From Octopus sinensis (Eukaryota): 64,000 nucleotides of DNA. The position numbers were made by a program, and so were the translations under genes. Positions 11,454-25,872 of the stretch are shown here, piece by piece. The notes beneath the pieces were generated by a model. That model worked only from the letters and a program-made list of their open reading frames with translations. It had not been told where the DNA came from and ran no database searches. The stretch is from positions 31,124,001-31,188,000 of the forward strand of contig NC_043013.1 in assembly GCF_006345805.1 (NCBI RefSeq), given 5' to 3'. How positions within the stretch are numbered: the stretch's first letter is position 1; every line of letters starts with the position of its first letter.

Positions 11454-11896
11454 GTCATCATTACAAAACAAAAGTATTTGTATAGAATAGCTGAAATATT
11501 AACAATTGGAATAAAAAAGAAACATTTGGAAGTAAACTAGAACTATAAGATTATAAAAGCATCGATAAATCTGAATAAAAAATGAGATAAGTTAATATAA
11601 ACAGACAATGTCTGAAAATTAGTGAGAAAAATCTAATGGACGATTATTTCTGGAATTAAATGTGTGTGAAAAAGTTAGGTATAAAGTGTCTAAATGGTTA
11701 TAGCTATGAATGGCTCACACTGTTAAAAACTGAAAATGGAGCGGAAACACAATCGCTTTGGCAGATTTATTTCATCGCATTTGAAGGAATATAAAATATT
11801 AAGAATATATAATGGATCTGTCATCACGTAAATCGTAAACACACACATATATACACACGCACATACACACACATACACACACACATATATATATAT

Positions 11897-12311
11897 ACTC
11901 TTACTCTCTTTTACTCTTTTACTTGTTTCAGTCATTTGACTGCGGCCATGCTGGAGCACCGCCTTTAGTCGAGCAACTCGACCCCGGGACATATTCTTTT
12001 TGTAAGCCCAGTACTTATTCTATCGGTCTCTTTTTTGCCGAACCGCTAAGTGACGGGGACGTAAACACACCAGCATCGGTTGTCAAGCAATGCTAGGGGA
12101 ACAAACACAGACACACAAACACACACACATACATATATATATATACATATATACGACAGGCTTCTTTCAGTTTCCGTCTACCAAATCCACTCACAAGGCA
12201 TTGGTCGGCCTGAGGCTATAGTATAAGACACTTGCCCAAGATGCCACGCAGTGGGATTGAACCCGGAACCATGTGGCTGGTTAGCAAGCTACTTACCACA
12301 CAGCCACTCCT
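11897..12311 (-). mobile_element. tRNA-derived SINE (family A), full length with internal microsatellite
   Basis: Head ggagtggctgtgtggtaag...ggttcaatcccactgcgtggc, internal (TA)/(TG) tract, tail ggcggtgctccagcatggccgcagtcaaatgactgaaacaag(taaaagag)n. Closely similar to 62715-63093. Confidence 0.9.
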
Positions 12312-12659
12312 ATCCAAATGGAGACGGACACCATTCTTCCATGTCACACCATTCCTCCATGTGATAACATGAAACCAATGGTAGGCTTATTACGCAAGTA
12401 AAGAAATTTTATCCACCAACGTGGTGTTGACCACTCATTCTCGTCATTTGACATTTAGGTATACACACACACACGCACACAAGGATGGACATATTTCAGT
12501 TTCTGTCTACCAATGCTAATCATATGACTGACACTATAACGAAACACATGCTCCTAATATGCTGCGCTGTGAGATTGAGTCCGGAACTATGGAGCTGGGG
12601 AATAAATTTCTAACAGCAGCGCCGCGACTATTTCTTAATAGATGTATGTTATAATGTAA

Positions 12660-13171
12660 TCTATATATATAAAACTGTAGTTGTGTGAGTGTCTGTCCCC
12701 TTCAATTTAGATTCCTAACTACTCCCACATTTTGCGGTGCAGTTTAACCAAATTCGGATATCTTATAGTCGTGATTCATATCGAGCCCGTCTGGGTGTTA
12801 GCGCGCGTCTACGATTTAAAAAATAATTTAACATCATTTTTTTCCATTTTAGCGCATATTTTTTCGTGTGTCGATGGCGGCGAAGTTGGCGTCCATGGTC
12901 ACAACTGCACCTGTGTTGCTTCTCCCCCTTCTTCCCTCCCTCGTGAAGCTGTGGGGAAGGGAGTGTAAGGAAATCAACGTCGTAAAGCGTTGTCATGGAG
13001 ACCAGCGTTCTTTTAGAACAACGACTTCATGGCTTGAAGACACCAAAATTACCATCATTTTTTATTCCATTTTTAATGCATTTTTTTGATATTTTTTTGC
13101 TATAACTCACTAAAAATGTTTATATAGTTATTTCCCTTACAAACCCGAGCAACGCCGGGCGATACTGCTAG
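12660..13171 (+). mobile_element. Intact non-autonomous Helitron (512 bp)
   Basis: Begins A|TC (a|tctatatatataaa), ends CTAG|T, has a subterminal hairpin cccgagcaacgccggg at 13144-13159, and no TSD. Confidence 0.85.
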
Positions 13172-13614
13172 TATGATACAAAAGTTGAAATTTCTAACGG
13201 AATAATTCACATGAAACTACCTATTAAATAATTAAATGCTTTGGAAAGTATGTAGAATGGTTAATAAGTGAATAATTAAAAGCCGATTTGCTTCAAATGA
13301 AGTAAACATCACAAAAATATAATAGTACAATGTTGTTTGTAAATACGTGCTGGAATTGGTTCCAGCTTGGTTGAAGGAGGCATAGTTAAGGCATACAAAG
13401 AATCCAATTCCGTAATCGTCAAGTAAGTGACAGTAAGGAAACTGCAATGCTAATATTTGTTGAATTGGTTTGAAATGTAGTATTGTAAAAAAAATATATA
13501 TGTAGTGTGATATTTTTACCGGGAACTATATTCGGTATATCACTTTTAAAATATAAACATATGATGAATATTTACAGAAATAGTAAAGACTTTCTAATAT
13601 GCAAACCTGGAGTA

Positions 13615-13820
13615 AGGCGGCGAGCTGGCAGAATCGTTAATATGGCGGGCAAAATGGTTAAGGGGATTTCATCCGCCTTTATGGTCTGAGTTCAAATCAC
13701 ACCGAGGTCAATTTTTGCCTTTCCCTGTGGTCGATAATCTACTAGATAAGATGTAGGCTCCCTGTAATCTACATACTCCTTCCACGAAATTGCTGGCCTT
13801 GTTCGAATGTTTGAAACCAA
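13615..13820 (+). mobile_element. SINE family B, diverged copy
   Basis: ggcggcgagctggcagaatcgtta...gagttcaaatcacaccgaggtca... Confidence 0.75.
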
Positions 13821-14905
13821 AATATTCATACGTGAATAGACTGTTTTTATCTTATTTATTTATTTTTGATTTTACGACAGGAGTTTGCTAAAGAACTATT
13901 ACCATACTTTCTTCGATACAGAGGTTACAAGGTCTATTATTTTCAGAATATCGATTCACCTTAGATGAAATATTTCTTCTTAACTGATATCCTATATTTC
14001 TAGTCATTATATCCTAGATACGACCAGACAGCAAAGTGCCATTTCTTTTGTGCGTTCTCTTGTAAGTGAGTGTTCACTGAAGCGTAGTCTGAAAGATTGC
14101 AAGGCCGATGAATATAATTTTTGTTTTTGTATTTAACTACTTCTGTTTTTATGTCAGCATGAATGCACTACGATTGTATATACGTATTCATGTATTTTTA
14201 CGCTTATTTGTTTGTGTATTCTTGTTTTATTATATATATATTTTTAAATAATCAATAGAGAAAGGATCGTTTTCTTTCACAGAAACAAGTTTGATTCTTT
14301 GGATTTCAGACATTAATTCCATGGTCATATGTGTACGTACACAGGAACAATTTTTGCCATTGCTATTTATATAAATTCATCTTCGAAAAATTAAGTTCGT
14401 CACTAACAAATTGAAAAGGCTGTTTGTGATGTAATCGTGAAATCTTCTGGGATTTCTGAACAAGTGAGAGAATTAAAGTAAGCATTTATGAAGATGTATA
14501 TGTTGCTAAACATAAATTCAAACGCTAGATGTAAGTGTCAAATATTATTCTTACGTAATATAAAAGTAGGATATTTGGAATACGTTCCAAATCCTTTGTG
14601 AAACACTAATTGATTGGATTAGAAGCACAAATTCTGGTTTTCTTTGGCCTGTCTTCGAAATCGAGACGATTTTGAAACCTATTCTGCAAATCCGCATAAT
14701 TTCAATATTATTTCAGACGTTATGTCGCAGACATTTAGCCGGCCTGTAAAAATTAACAGAGCTCCTTTGTGTTAGTAAACAACTTTCCAGTAATTTCTTA
14801 ATAGATGGCATACTATAAATATGTGTTTCTGTGTGTGCCGACTTACATGTTTGTTAAATAGAAATCACCATACTTATGTATATATATGTATACATATATA
14901 TATAT

Positions 14906-14970
<65 letters not shown>

Positions 14971-15049
14971 CAGGCTTCTTTAATTTGAACTATACATTTA
15001 ATAGTCATGTGTTAAATGCACGCAGAAAGTTGTAAACGTGAACACATCG

Positions 15050-16130
15050 TTTTTCCATATTAAAGAAGAATGACAACTGTATATCTCCAATGTTTTGAGG
15101 AGAATGTTTTTTATATCATTTCTAGCAGGTCTGCCTTACTTCAAGAAAACATTAGAATTTTCATTCCACATGTCGCTTTACGCATAGTCATTGTGCATAT
15201 TGCAAAGCATGACAGTGTTGGGAACTGAAGCCCCTGACCAGATATATCTTCACCTTCTGATCCATTGGGCTTAATTCTTGGAACGTGTTATATCGCACGT
15301 TCGGATGACCTCAACTCCACTCCTCGATGTTTAGACTTCTCCCTCTATATCTACGTATTGGCCTAGCCTACTTCATCGTCTGGGGGCGTCGACACAGCAG
15401 AACGATAATCATGTAATTTTTTAATTCACCAATATTAATCTCTGCTACGATTGGATTCTCGTGCATTTCTTGTACGATAATTAGTGTTCAATTGCAAAGC
15501 CTTAGAGGTTCTAAGTTACTCACTGAAATTAGGATTCTTCAATTGCAGTTAATGCGGTCGCAATCCGAAGATTTCAAGTGAATCAAGGAATTCTGTAGGA
15601 ATATATGCGGCATCAGTTCCTTCACTGATGTCATTAAATGTGAGTGATCCTGGGAAACGTCTACTACAGACTGAGCTGATATATTCTCGTAATTTTATTG
15701 AGTGTCCAAGATGAAATTTTTAGAAAATAATTCTGAGTGATTGCTGAATGTGGGATACAGAAAAAGTCAATGCAATGCATTCTAATATCGTTCTCGTGGG
15801 CAAAACCTGATTTTAATATAAATCGATTTCAACATTATTATTTTTCTTAAAACTTGTACTGATGGACCTCAAATATAAACTTAGGCTGCTTATAAAATTC
15901 CACCAAAGGCCTGATCCCTGTTTTATACTCAATTACAAGTGCGAGTCACAGGTCTAAAGCTCTCGCGACTAATCATCGTGTACATATCCCATACAATTAG
16001 TTTTGTATTACGAAGCAAACTTGCAGTACCAGACTGTTTATCAACATTACACATTGCATCTTTATTGAATGTTGCTGCAATAGCAGATGATAATATAGCA
16101 ATTATTTGCTGATTTGAGCCTGGTAGTAGA
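15050..16130 (-). mobile_element. Decayed Helitron Pif1-family helicase relic
   Basis: Ordered minus-strand motifs with stops and indels: IAILSSAIAAT, CNVDKQSGTASLLRNTKLIVWD, AFGGI, IPTEFLDSLEIFGLRPH*LQLK, NLEPLRLCN*T, LQFPTLSCFA. Confidence 0.78.
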
Positions 16131-16614
16131 TGCCCGATACGGTGATGGTAATGGCAGCGACTGACAACATAAGAATTCCTTGTGTTTATAATTAGACGAG
16201 TCCATTTGATGGAGGTTGTAAAGTGTCAATACTTACCTTTCCCATCATGCTGCAGAATGTTTGCGGTTTCGCCATGGAATAGAAAAACACGACTCTAAAA
16301 CCATATTTTATCTATCACACCTATATTAGCAGAAATATTGTATCCCTTACATTCCACTACTCATTCTGCTCTCATAATTCGGTACGCTTCTTTGTTTATC
16401 ATTGCAGCTTCTGTAAATATCAGACTGTTATTTGTCTCAAATCTTGCCTCTTGCCTTCTTTGTTTCCTGACTATGCTACTCTGGAGCCGTGCTGCCCTAA
16501 GTTCAGTTGTTTCTCGTTTACCCCCTTATTCTTGTATAACCCTCACATACTTGTCTTTATCTCTTGACCTTAATGATCTCATTCTTTATCCTCGAAGCAT
16601 AATAGACTAGTAGC

Positions 16615-16810
16615 TATGTAGTTGAAAATTACGGAAAAGCAAAAGACGAAGACAGGTGTAAAACCAACACACAGGTGTATTAGTTTAACGCCCGGGAAGG
16701 TGAGAAAGTCTTTTATGTTTCGAGCCTACGCTCTTCAACACAAAGGAACACGATGAAATAAATATAGAGAGAATAAAAAAAGAAATTGGAGCTAGCGGTA
16801 AACGATGGCG
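16615..16810 (-). repeat. Probable Penelope-type terminal-repeat fragment with a degenerate hammerhead-like core
   Basis: Minus strand ttgaagagcgtaggctcgaaacataaaag; a related degenerate string (ttgatga...gctcgaaacataag) lies near 29040-29075. Confidence 0.4.
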
Positions 16811-17954
16811 TCTGGCTGTATGTATTTGGGTATGTAATGTGTAGAGAAAGTTAAAACAATTAAAGAAAGTGATAAACTAAGTCAAAAGAATGAATTAGAA
16901 TAAAGAAAATTTGAACAGTAAATAATATGAAATGAAAGAAACCAGTAGCTAACACATGAAATACTATAAAATCTACGCAAAGCTATGCATCCGTGTGTGT
17001 GAGACGATGTGTATGCGTGATGTATGTGTGCATTATTTTAGTGTGTGTGCGTTTGTATGTGTGCGTGTGTGTGTTTGTGTGTGGTATCCAAAGTTTTATT
17101 GAAAGAATAGTGAAAATTTGAACTGTAAATAATATAAAAATTTGTATAAATTGTATGTAAAAACTATTCAAAAGGTTTGAAAACTTCTAGACTTAATAAA
17201 AAATATCAAAAGTAAAAAACCAGAATAGCGAAAACTTGAAATGTGATAATTCATAATATATTTACAATGTTCGGTATATCTGATGTCAATTCAAATAAAG
17301 AACGTAAAAGCTGTTGGTGAATTCACCACCACAGCATGTAGAGTTTCAGTAGTATGAACGGTGTACAAAAGATATCTTTGTGCAACAGAAAGAGCCAGAG
17401 AGAGATAGAGAGACAGAGATTCAGAGACAGAGACAGACAGACAGAGTCTACGTGTTTGAGACAGAGGAAGTATTTGTGTGTGTGGGAGAGAGAGAGGGAG
17501 AGAAAGGGACAATGTATGTGTCTGTGTGTGTTGTATGTGTGAGAGAGTCAGAGTGCGTGTATGTGATTATGTGTGATGTACGTACTGCGTGTGATCGTGG
17601 GAGAGGGACAATATATATGTTTGATTGCAAAGCCACGACGACAGCTTTTGCGTATGAATTTGTATGCAAACATTATTTCTTTTCCGATTTATTCAAGACA
17701 ATAGACTTGATAAAAATAATCAAAGGTTTTGCTGCAACCGAATATGCCATTTAAAAAAACGAACATGAAACTAATTTAGCTTAGAATAGATAGCCTCAGC
17801 TATAATCAAGGTACAACGAAGCATCCCTAATTATTTTATTATAACAAATATGCATAAATATACTTTCAATCATGTCATGAGTATACGTGCCACTATAATC
17901 TACGAGTGCATGAGATTACTTGTTATATATATATATATACATATATATATATAC

Positions 17955-17989
<35 letters not shown>

Positions 17990-18000
17990 CACACACGCAT

Positions 18001-18031
<31 letters not shown>

Positions 18032-18045
18032 AATATATATATATA

Positions 18046-18320
18046 CCGGAGTAAACACATAAATGTGAAACTAGGTGGAAAAAAGAGTACTCAAATACCA
18101 GTGGTAGAGTAATATGCTTTATTTAATGCAGCAGAAAATTCAACAATTTTCTGCTGCTTTAAATAAAGTATATATATATATATAATATATATATACCGGA
18201 GTAAACACATAAATGTGAAACTAGGTGGAAAAAAGAGTACTCAAATACCAGTGGTAGAGTAATATGCTTTATTTAATGCAGCAGAAAATTCAACAATTTT
18301 CTGCTGCTTTAAATAAAGTA
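18046..18320. repeat. Two identical ~125-bp units (period 150) in (TA)n, each ending in a 28-bp fold-back
   Basis: Units at 18046-18170 and 18196-18320. Hairpin tatgctttatttaatgcagcagaaaatt-caac-aattttctgctgctttaaataaagtata. Confidence 0.92.
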
Positions 18321-18549
18321 TATATATATATATATATATATAGCAATGTTATGAGAGGTATTGTTATTCAGAAGACCCAAGAAGGAAGGTAAAGCTATGT
18401 AAGTGCTACAGGTAGACTCGTACTATTACCGGCTCGGTATTAATACGAGTGAATTGAGATGATTTTGTTGTCTCATTTCATTTAACACACACACACACAC
18501 ACACACAATACATGTATCTAGTATGTAATGTGTATACGTAAATTATCTT

Positions 18550-21500
18550 CCTTTTAGAAACTCAAATGGAGAAATTTTAGTCTGCTTTATTTGTCTCTCT
18601 CTACACCATCCATTTACAGGAAGCGTATATGTCTGCATCATACTTTCCTTTCCAGCTATTTTGCGAAACTTTGTTGTTATATATCTCAGCTTACCTATGA
18701 TTACAGCCATAAAAGAGAATCTGTAGCTATAATAAAAGACTCGTAACTTCGTATATGTCCACCATAGATTTTCTTCTTCACAATGTCAGGTGAAATATTA
18801 ACATCCTCTAGAGACCTTAACTCTACAAAAGTACCTGAAATCTTTTCCCCGTCCGATACAACGTTAACATATCTGTTTAACTGACACTTTCTGTCACCAT
18901 TCGTTATTGTGAAACGTGTGAATATATTCTGATTCCGAAAAACCGTTCGTAAGTTTTTTACAACATTGCTTCACGCAAATAAAATTCTAAAATCTTTCGG
19001 ACAAATTGTCATTTCTGATTAAAAATAGCGCTATTTTGCTGGCATTTTTCTATTAATACTGATAGTATAGGTGCTATTATTGCCGGAAATGCTAAGCCAC
19101 AATTGTCTGCTTCTATCATATAGATTATGTTTGGAGATATCCGCTTCTCTGTTATTGATTAAGTATTTAGCACTTACATTTATTCTTAAATAGCGAGGCG
19201 TATCCTTCCTGGAGTGAAGTCATGTCCATAACGCTGGCAGCGTCTATGCCGTTGTTTAATTATAATAACGCTGGCCACCTCTAGCTTGCGGAAAACTTTC
19301 ATTCACGTACAGCTGTTCTTGTAATGCTTCTACAATTTTCTAATTATATAAAACAAAACCGTTTGTACTGGGTGACATGGAACTGCCTATGCAGAGGATA
19401 CCTATTTAGAAGTTAAACTATTCATGGGATCGTGTTGCTTTCAATGATGAATATATATACGATATGTATACACTTTTTACCTTTCACTTTTTTGTAATTA
19501 TTGTCCGATTGATAAATGCCGTTTCTACTGACCTAATACAATTCCTCCGTCTAATAGATAACCTCTCAGTTTTATTTTTATACGCAATTGCTACAATCGT
19601 GATTATTATCTTCAGCCTTTATATAAATATATATATATGTCTTCAAGTGTCCATGGTAATATTTCCTATTTTGACGCCAGCCTGAGCTGGATATCCGTCG
19701 GTTAAGTCGACAAATGTTCCAGTTAATTCCATTAACGGAACAGACTATTTGTGAAATTAACCTCCAGGGCAACCCGTAGACACGTAAACCCTTCCCTTAG
19801 TTCTAAAGGAGATTCAGTATCACACACAATGTGACAAGGCTCGCCTTTTGAATTCTGCTCGCTAAGTGAATTCGAGCAACAAGAAATAAAGTGCCTTACT
19901 GAAGGACACATGGGGACCAAGAATAGAACACGCAACGAATAACCTACATACTCCGAAAATCCTACGAGATATTTCTGATTTCCGTAACATCCGAAGTAAT
20001 TATTTATCGCTTTATATTGATTCGCAGTATAAATTAATGCAATGTTTTCTTCCAAGACATATGTTTATGTAGATATCATCTGCCCCTTGATTTCACAGGC
20101 AAAGTTTTTGCAATGAGGAATCATTCAACGGACAAGGTCTGAGTTAAGTTACACATTATAATAATGTCAAGTTGATGGAAGGCGTAGCTAGGGATAACAT
20201 TTTTCTAAGCAAGATGTTTTACTCTACTTCTTTGTTGAGGCACACATGTCCTGTAATTTTGTGATTCCATGTACGGTCTGGGGTGCCAGTAGTATCCTTT
20301 GATGAAAGCACGCTTCTAAGTTATTGTTCCCATCATTTCTGACTTTTAGCTGATGTATTCTCATTGATTTTTTTAAAAAGCCGTCTAAATGATTCAATTC
20401 GAAATTTGAAGACTGTCTTCAATCTCATATATTTTCCCTGAGTTGGCGAGTTTTGATATTACTGTTGTTATGGAAGATTCCATTTGATGTCGGGATTTTG
20501 CGGGTTTTGATATCTATGAAAAATATTTCCTCTTAGATAGACATGTGGTCGGAGTATCGTTATCAGTGCTCATGCATAACTGCTCATGTGAAGCAACATG
20601 GCCTAGTGGTTAGAGCAATGGACACGCGGTAGAGGGATCGCGGATTCGAATCTCGGACCGAGCGATGGGTGTGTTTATGAGCGAAACATCTAAGCTCCAT
20701 GCGGTTCCAGCAGAAGGTAATGGCGAACTTCTGCTGACTCTCGTGCCACAAATTTCTCTCACTCTTTCCTCTTGCATCTTGCAGCTCACCTGCGACGGAC
20801 CAGCGCCCCGTCCAGGTGGGGAACCTATACGCCAAGGAAACCGGGAAACCGGCCCTTATGAGCTAGGCATGGCTCGAGAAGGAACATAACTGCTCATGCA
20901 GTTTATATCACCTTGTAAGAGGAAATTTCCGACGATGACATTACCACACTTTTTAAACTCTGGTGTAATATTGCAAGAAAATTCTGTCTTCATCCACAAC
21001 ATTATATAAATATTTTTGTCTAACAATAGATTTTTATATCAAACGTTGTCATGAACAGTGGCAATAAAAACAACATTGATGACAATTGTTAAGGTTTAAG
21101 AAACGAATTTTTCCACATACAAGAATCATATATGTATGTTATGTGATGGCTATATTCGCCCTGTAAATATACTAACATATTTTTACCAAATTACCTTCTT
21201 CCTGAACACATTAAATATGTTTACTATAGATATTTACACCATTTACACGGATTATATACGTTGCCCTGCTATTGTAGATCGTTGTACAATGAATTTTCGA
21301 CAGGTTTCCATCTCATATAAACAGAATTAGGAGCACTGACTTTGAAGTAGTTCCTTCGAAATATTCATAAATGTGGCATTCATTTACGCTTAAAATAAAT
21401 GTTTGATCCATGCATTGTAGCAATGGATCAGTAGATATCGCTAATGAATACCGTGAATAACCTCAGCAATAATGACGGGAGAATAGCATCAAATTTCATT

Positions 21501-22000
21501 CAGTATTGAAGTCATATTGTTACAGGCTTTCTATGGTATATTCTACCACCTAAATAAAAATGGCATAGTTTTATTTGTCGCTAGATGTTCACCTCCTGGT
21601 ACTCTACCGTCTTTCCGTCTGCCTGCTTATTAGTAGCCGTTGAATAAATATTTGGGGGAGCTTAGCTAAAGTTCAATCCTAATCCTCTGTGAACCTATTG
21701 TCCCTAATAACTTTGTAACTTTCTGCAGATTGTCAAACACTTTTATCGGTGTCTAGTTCGTAAGTCTCTCTCGGACACCCACACATTAAAGCGAATATCA
21801 TGCAAATTTGGTGTAGGTTCCAAAGGTGATTATACAAGTTTTACAGTTGATGTTAGTACAGATATGTTTCTTGATTGTTTCTAGCCATGATATAATCTCA
21901 TGAAAATTCTTCTTCCCATACTAAAACGATTTTAAAATTTCCTGACAACAAGCTATTTTTACGTAAATATTGATTTTCTTTATCTTCCCATATATATTTT
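18550..22000 (-). mobile_element. Possible very old APE-type LINE relic(s)
   Basis: Scattered minus-strand motifs in the expected order: QETYL (~21870), SDHMSI (~20545), SLEDVNISPDIVKKKI (~18790). Heavily degraded; continuity is not established. Confidence 0.3.
20589..20884 (+). mobile_element. tRNA-derived SINE (family C) with 14-bp TSD
   Basis: Head tggcctagtggttagagc...ggattcgaatc. TSD cataactgctcatg at 20575-20588 and 20885-20898. Confidence 0.9.
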
Positions 22001-22217
22001 GTTGATTAGTAGCAAACTTGTGTTTAATTCTGGATCACGGTATCACTACCCACCCCCATAGTAGAATCTTTCTCTCAATGTCTTGATTTCGTGCTTTCAA
22101 GTTATTAATTTCTCCTCAAATGTTTCGCGTGTAGAAACTCCGTATATTTTTGCCAATATTTCATAACATGTAGTTTGCGTATGAGTATTTATTGTTTACG
22201 TTAACTTTATGACGTCT

Positions 22218-22269
<52 letters not shown>

Positions 22270-22828
22270 AAGAAAGAGAGAGAGAGATAGAGAGAGAGAG
22301 AAAGAGAGACAGAGAGAGAGAGAGAGATATAGACAGACAGACAGAGATCTCAATTTTCATTAATAGATAGGTACGTTGGGATACTGTTCACATTTATATA
22401 CCTTCGTATCCACAGCTATAAATTTAGGCATTACGGGTTTGCGTATATAAATATATTTCTTATTTTGTAGGTTTGTGTAGGTATAAACATATATATTAAT
22501 TTTTACACGCGTGACAGTTTAAGATTAAATTGTTGCTTGAGTTATTATGTACGAGTTTATTTGCAAGTTATCTATCTCTCCGAATATGTATATATAACCA
22601 CACAAACCCACCCACCAGCCAACACACATGCACATACATACACTCACATACATACACGCACAAAAACATCCTATTTATGTACATACATATTTTCTATCAA
22701 TCACCCTTTCTCCCACTATCTCAGTATATATGCCTGTGTGCATGTGATATCCATATCTGCACACCGTACATACATACACACCTACAGATGAATGCATAAG
22801 AACATATGTCTCTATTTGTCTCCTTCTG

Positions 22829-22861
<33 letters not shown>

Positions 22862-22896
22862 GTGTGTGTCTCTTATTTTCCTGTAATAAATAATAA

Positions 22897-23144
22897 ATGC
22901 GCCCTTTTAAAGCCTAGCCAGGATCATGGGCTCCGTTCCCCGGTTTCTATGGCGTATGTGTTCCCCAGCTGGATGGGACGCCAGTCCATCGCAACGTTAC
23001 TCATTTTTGCCAGCTGAGTGGGCTAGAGCAATGTAAAATGAAATGTTTTGCTCAAGAACACAACGCCTCGCCCGGTCCAAGAATCGAAACCACAATCTTA
23101 CGATCATGATGCTAACACCTTAACCACTAAGCCACGCGCCTCCA
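22897..23144 (-). mobile_element. tRNA-derived SINE with CORE-like central domain
   Basis: Head tggaggcgcgtggcttagtggttaag, then gttgtgttcttgagcaaaacatttc...ctcagctggcaaaaatgagt, tail ...ctggctaggctttaaaagggcgcat. Confidence 0.85.
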
Positions 23145-23426
23145 TTTATTTTCATGTGCTTGCTATAATGTGATATATTGTATTACTTTGCTTTTTTCTG
23201 TGGAGTTTTGCTGCTGGAGTCTTTAAGTCCCATTTTCTTGTATTTCTCAAACGCACTTGTTGTGGAAGCCTATTTTATTATTTGCATACGTACCGCAGCT
23301 AAAAATTTGTACTACAGAATATTCCGTTACCTTAGCATTCCTCTTGCGTTGCTCTACGCTTGACTTGATCTATTGTAAATACTAGAAAATCCTTTAATCG
23401 GATTTATAGAAATAATCTCATTTTTG

Positions 23427-23880
23427 GCAGGGAGTAGCAGAATCTTTAGCACGTCAAGCAAAATGCTTAGAGTCATTTCGTTCGTCCTTACGTTCTGAGC
23501 TCAAATTCCACTGAGATCGATATTGCATTTCATTCTTTCGGGGTGGATGAAATGAGTACCAGTTACGTACTGGGGCCAATTTAGTCAACCAGGTTTTATA
23601 AATATTGTAGAGATGATTATGTCTTGCGTGTTAATATTTATTTCCAGTAATATTACTCGTTATTTCACTACTATAATAATTGATTCTAGTATAGGAACAA
23701 GGGCTGACATTTTTTTTTGGGGGGGGGGGTAGTCGATTACCTCTTCCCCAGACCTCAACTGGTATCAATTTTATCGACCACGAAATTATGAAAGGCAATG
23801 TAGACTTTTGTGACATTTGAATGTAAAGACAAGCAAATCACTGATAAACATCAGTCCGCTGTGCTAATGATTATACACAA
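23427..23880. mobile_element. Two diverged family-B SINE copies in opposite orientation (~23427-23590 plus, ~23690-23880 minus)
   Basis: Recognisable gcagaatc.ttagcacg...gttctgag.tcaaattcc on the plus strand and its reverse-complement counterpart downstream. Confidence 0.6.
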
Positions 23881-24249
23881 CTTGCTAACTTATCGCAATA
23901 CTGCAGTATTATGTACTAGCGGAATCCTTTGAAATCCCATACTGTAAGTCAGCATTTTACTAATACTTTAAACACAAGCAATGAATTTCCTTAAAAATTG
24001 TTTTGAAATCTTGAGATGTATTTTGAAATTTAATTGAAATGAACGTAGAATCTATTGCTTATTTACATTCTTTTAGTACGTTTAACTGATGTACTTCATA
24101 GTTTAACGAAATAAAACATGAATTTATGGTATAAAACGTATTTCCTTGCATGTCTCTTAACAAATCACTGTATCTGCATCTACGTATCTATCTATCTATC
24201 TATCTATCTATCTCCCCCTCTCTCTATATATATATATATCCATCTATCC

Positions 24250-24343
<94 letters not shown>

Positions 24344-24356
24344 ATCTATCTAACTT

Positions 24357-24411
<55 letters not shown>

Positions 24412-24674
24412 CTGTCTCTCTATTCATCTGTCTGTATGTCTTCTGTTTATCTCTCTGTCTAACTAACCATCATATCTACTTTCGAAATATGTACTAATCT
24501 CATAATATTGATAAGCATTTACACCTGATAACAAAAGAAATGAATAATGGCGATACTGCAGCATGGCCACAGTCTTTTTGATGATGGAAGTTTTATCATT
24601 TCACTTTAATTATCTAACAATGTATCTTTCAATGCATAAATTTATAGATCCTCTTGTATTGTCGCCTTATGTTA

Positions 24675-25004
24675 AACTAGCTGATTACCTGCCGTCAATA
24701 ATGACGGCAAATTACAGTATTTTATATATAAATAAACTTGATTGCTCTCAAAAACGGGTATACTAAAAATGAACCCAACCACTCTCAAAAATTAAGTATA
24801 AAAAAAACGGAAAATTAAACCAGAATCCTTGCTCGGTACCGGAACAACCCCCAAACCTAATCTGTTCGTACCAGTCACGAGGCCAAACATCCCTAAAAGT
24901 TCCATCTGAATCCACGCAGCGATTCTTGAGATATCTTGTATACGGACAAACAAATAAACAAAGAAACACAACTGAAAACAATGACTCCACCTTCGAGGTA
25001 ATAA
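24675..25004. mobile_element. Probable Helentron-associated (HINE/DINE-1-like) non-autonomous element
   Basis: Subterminal inverted repeat attacct / aggtaat, hairpin gccgtca-ataa-tgacggc, and a short acaa/acag tract near one end. Confidence 0.5.
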
Positions 25005-25399
25005 GGTAGAAAATAAGGTACCTAATAATTACACATACAAACATTCACATATTTCCCTTGTACACCCACACACATATATATACATATACTCACACAGTGT
25101 TGAAACGTGGATTTGTTTTTCCCGTCTTCCTTCCTTATTCATCCATCACCCATTCCTCTCTTGGCTATTACATTCTATCTCACTCCCTGTCAATTAGAGC
25201 TATTACACTCATTACTTCTCCTTCACTGAATTACTATTTTCTCTCCTCCTCTGCGTCCGATGTGATTCTGTGTATACAAATAAGTAAAAGCTTTACGATA
25301 ATTGTTATTAAAGGAGATAAAGATAATGTAGACCCTCGCCTTCTTTTTCTGTCTCTCATTCTCACGTCTTTTCTCTTTTTATTTTTTTTTCGGATTCCC

Positions 25400-25872
25400 C
25401 TATATATATATATATATAATATATATATATATTATATATATATATATTATATATATATATTTATGTATATATATATATGTATATATATATATATTTATGT
25501 ATATATATATATATATACATAAATATATATTTACATATATATATACATAAATATATATATATATATTTATGTATATATATGTATATATATATTTATGTAT
25601 ATATATGTATATATATATTTATGTATATATATGTATATATATATATTTATGTATATATATGTATATGTATATATATATATATGTCTATCTATCTATCTCT
25701 ATATATATGTATATATATATATGTATATATATATATATGTGATGTATATATGTATATATATATATGTATATATATATATGTGATGTATATATGTATATAT
25801 ATATGTATATATGTATATATGTATATATATATATATGTATATTTATATATATGTGTGTGTGTGTATGTATAT
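25400..25872. repeat. Compound (TA)n/(TATG)n microsatellite
   Basis: Seen directly; source of several spurious YI-rich ORFs. Confidence 0.95.

Noticed and set aside
18046-18320. CRISPR-like repeat-spacer appearance
   Set aside because: Only two long units separated by a TA microsatellite, eukaryotic context, and no cas genes.
20589-20665. tRNA-like heads with A/B boxes here and at ~7107, ~49280, ~55235 and ~58650
   Set aside because: They belong to SINEs (body, tail, TSD) and I could not fold complete cloverleaves; not called as tRNA genes.
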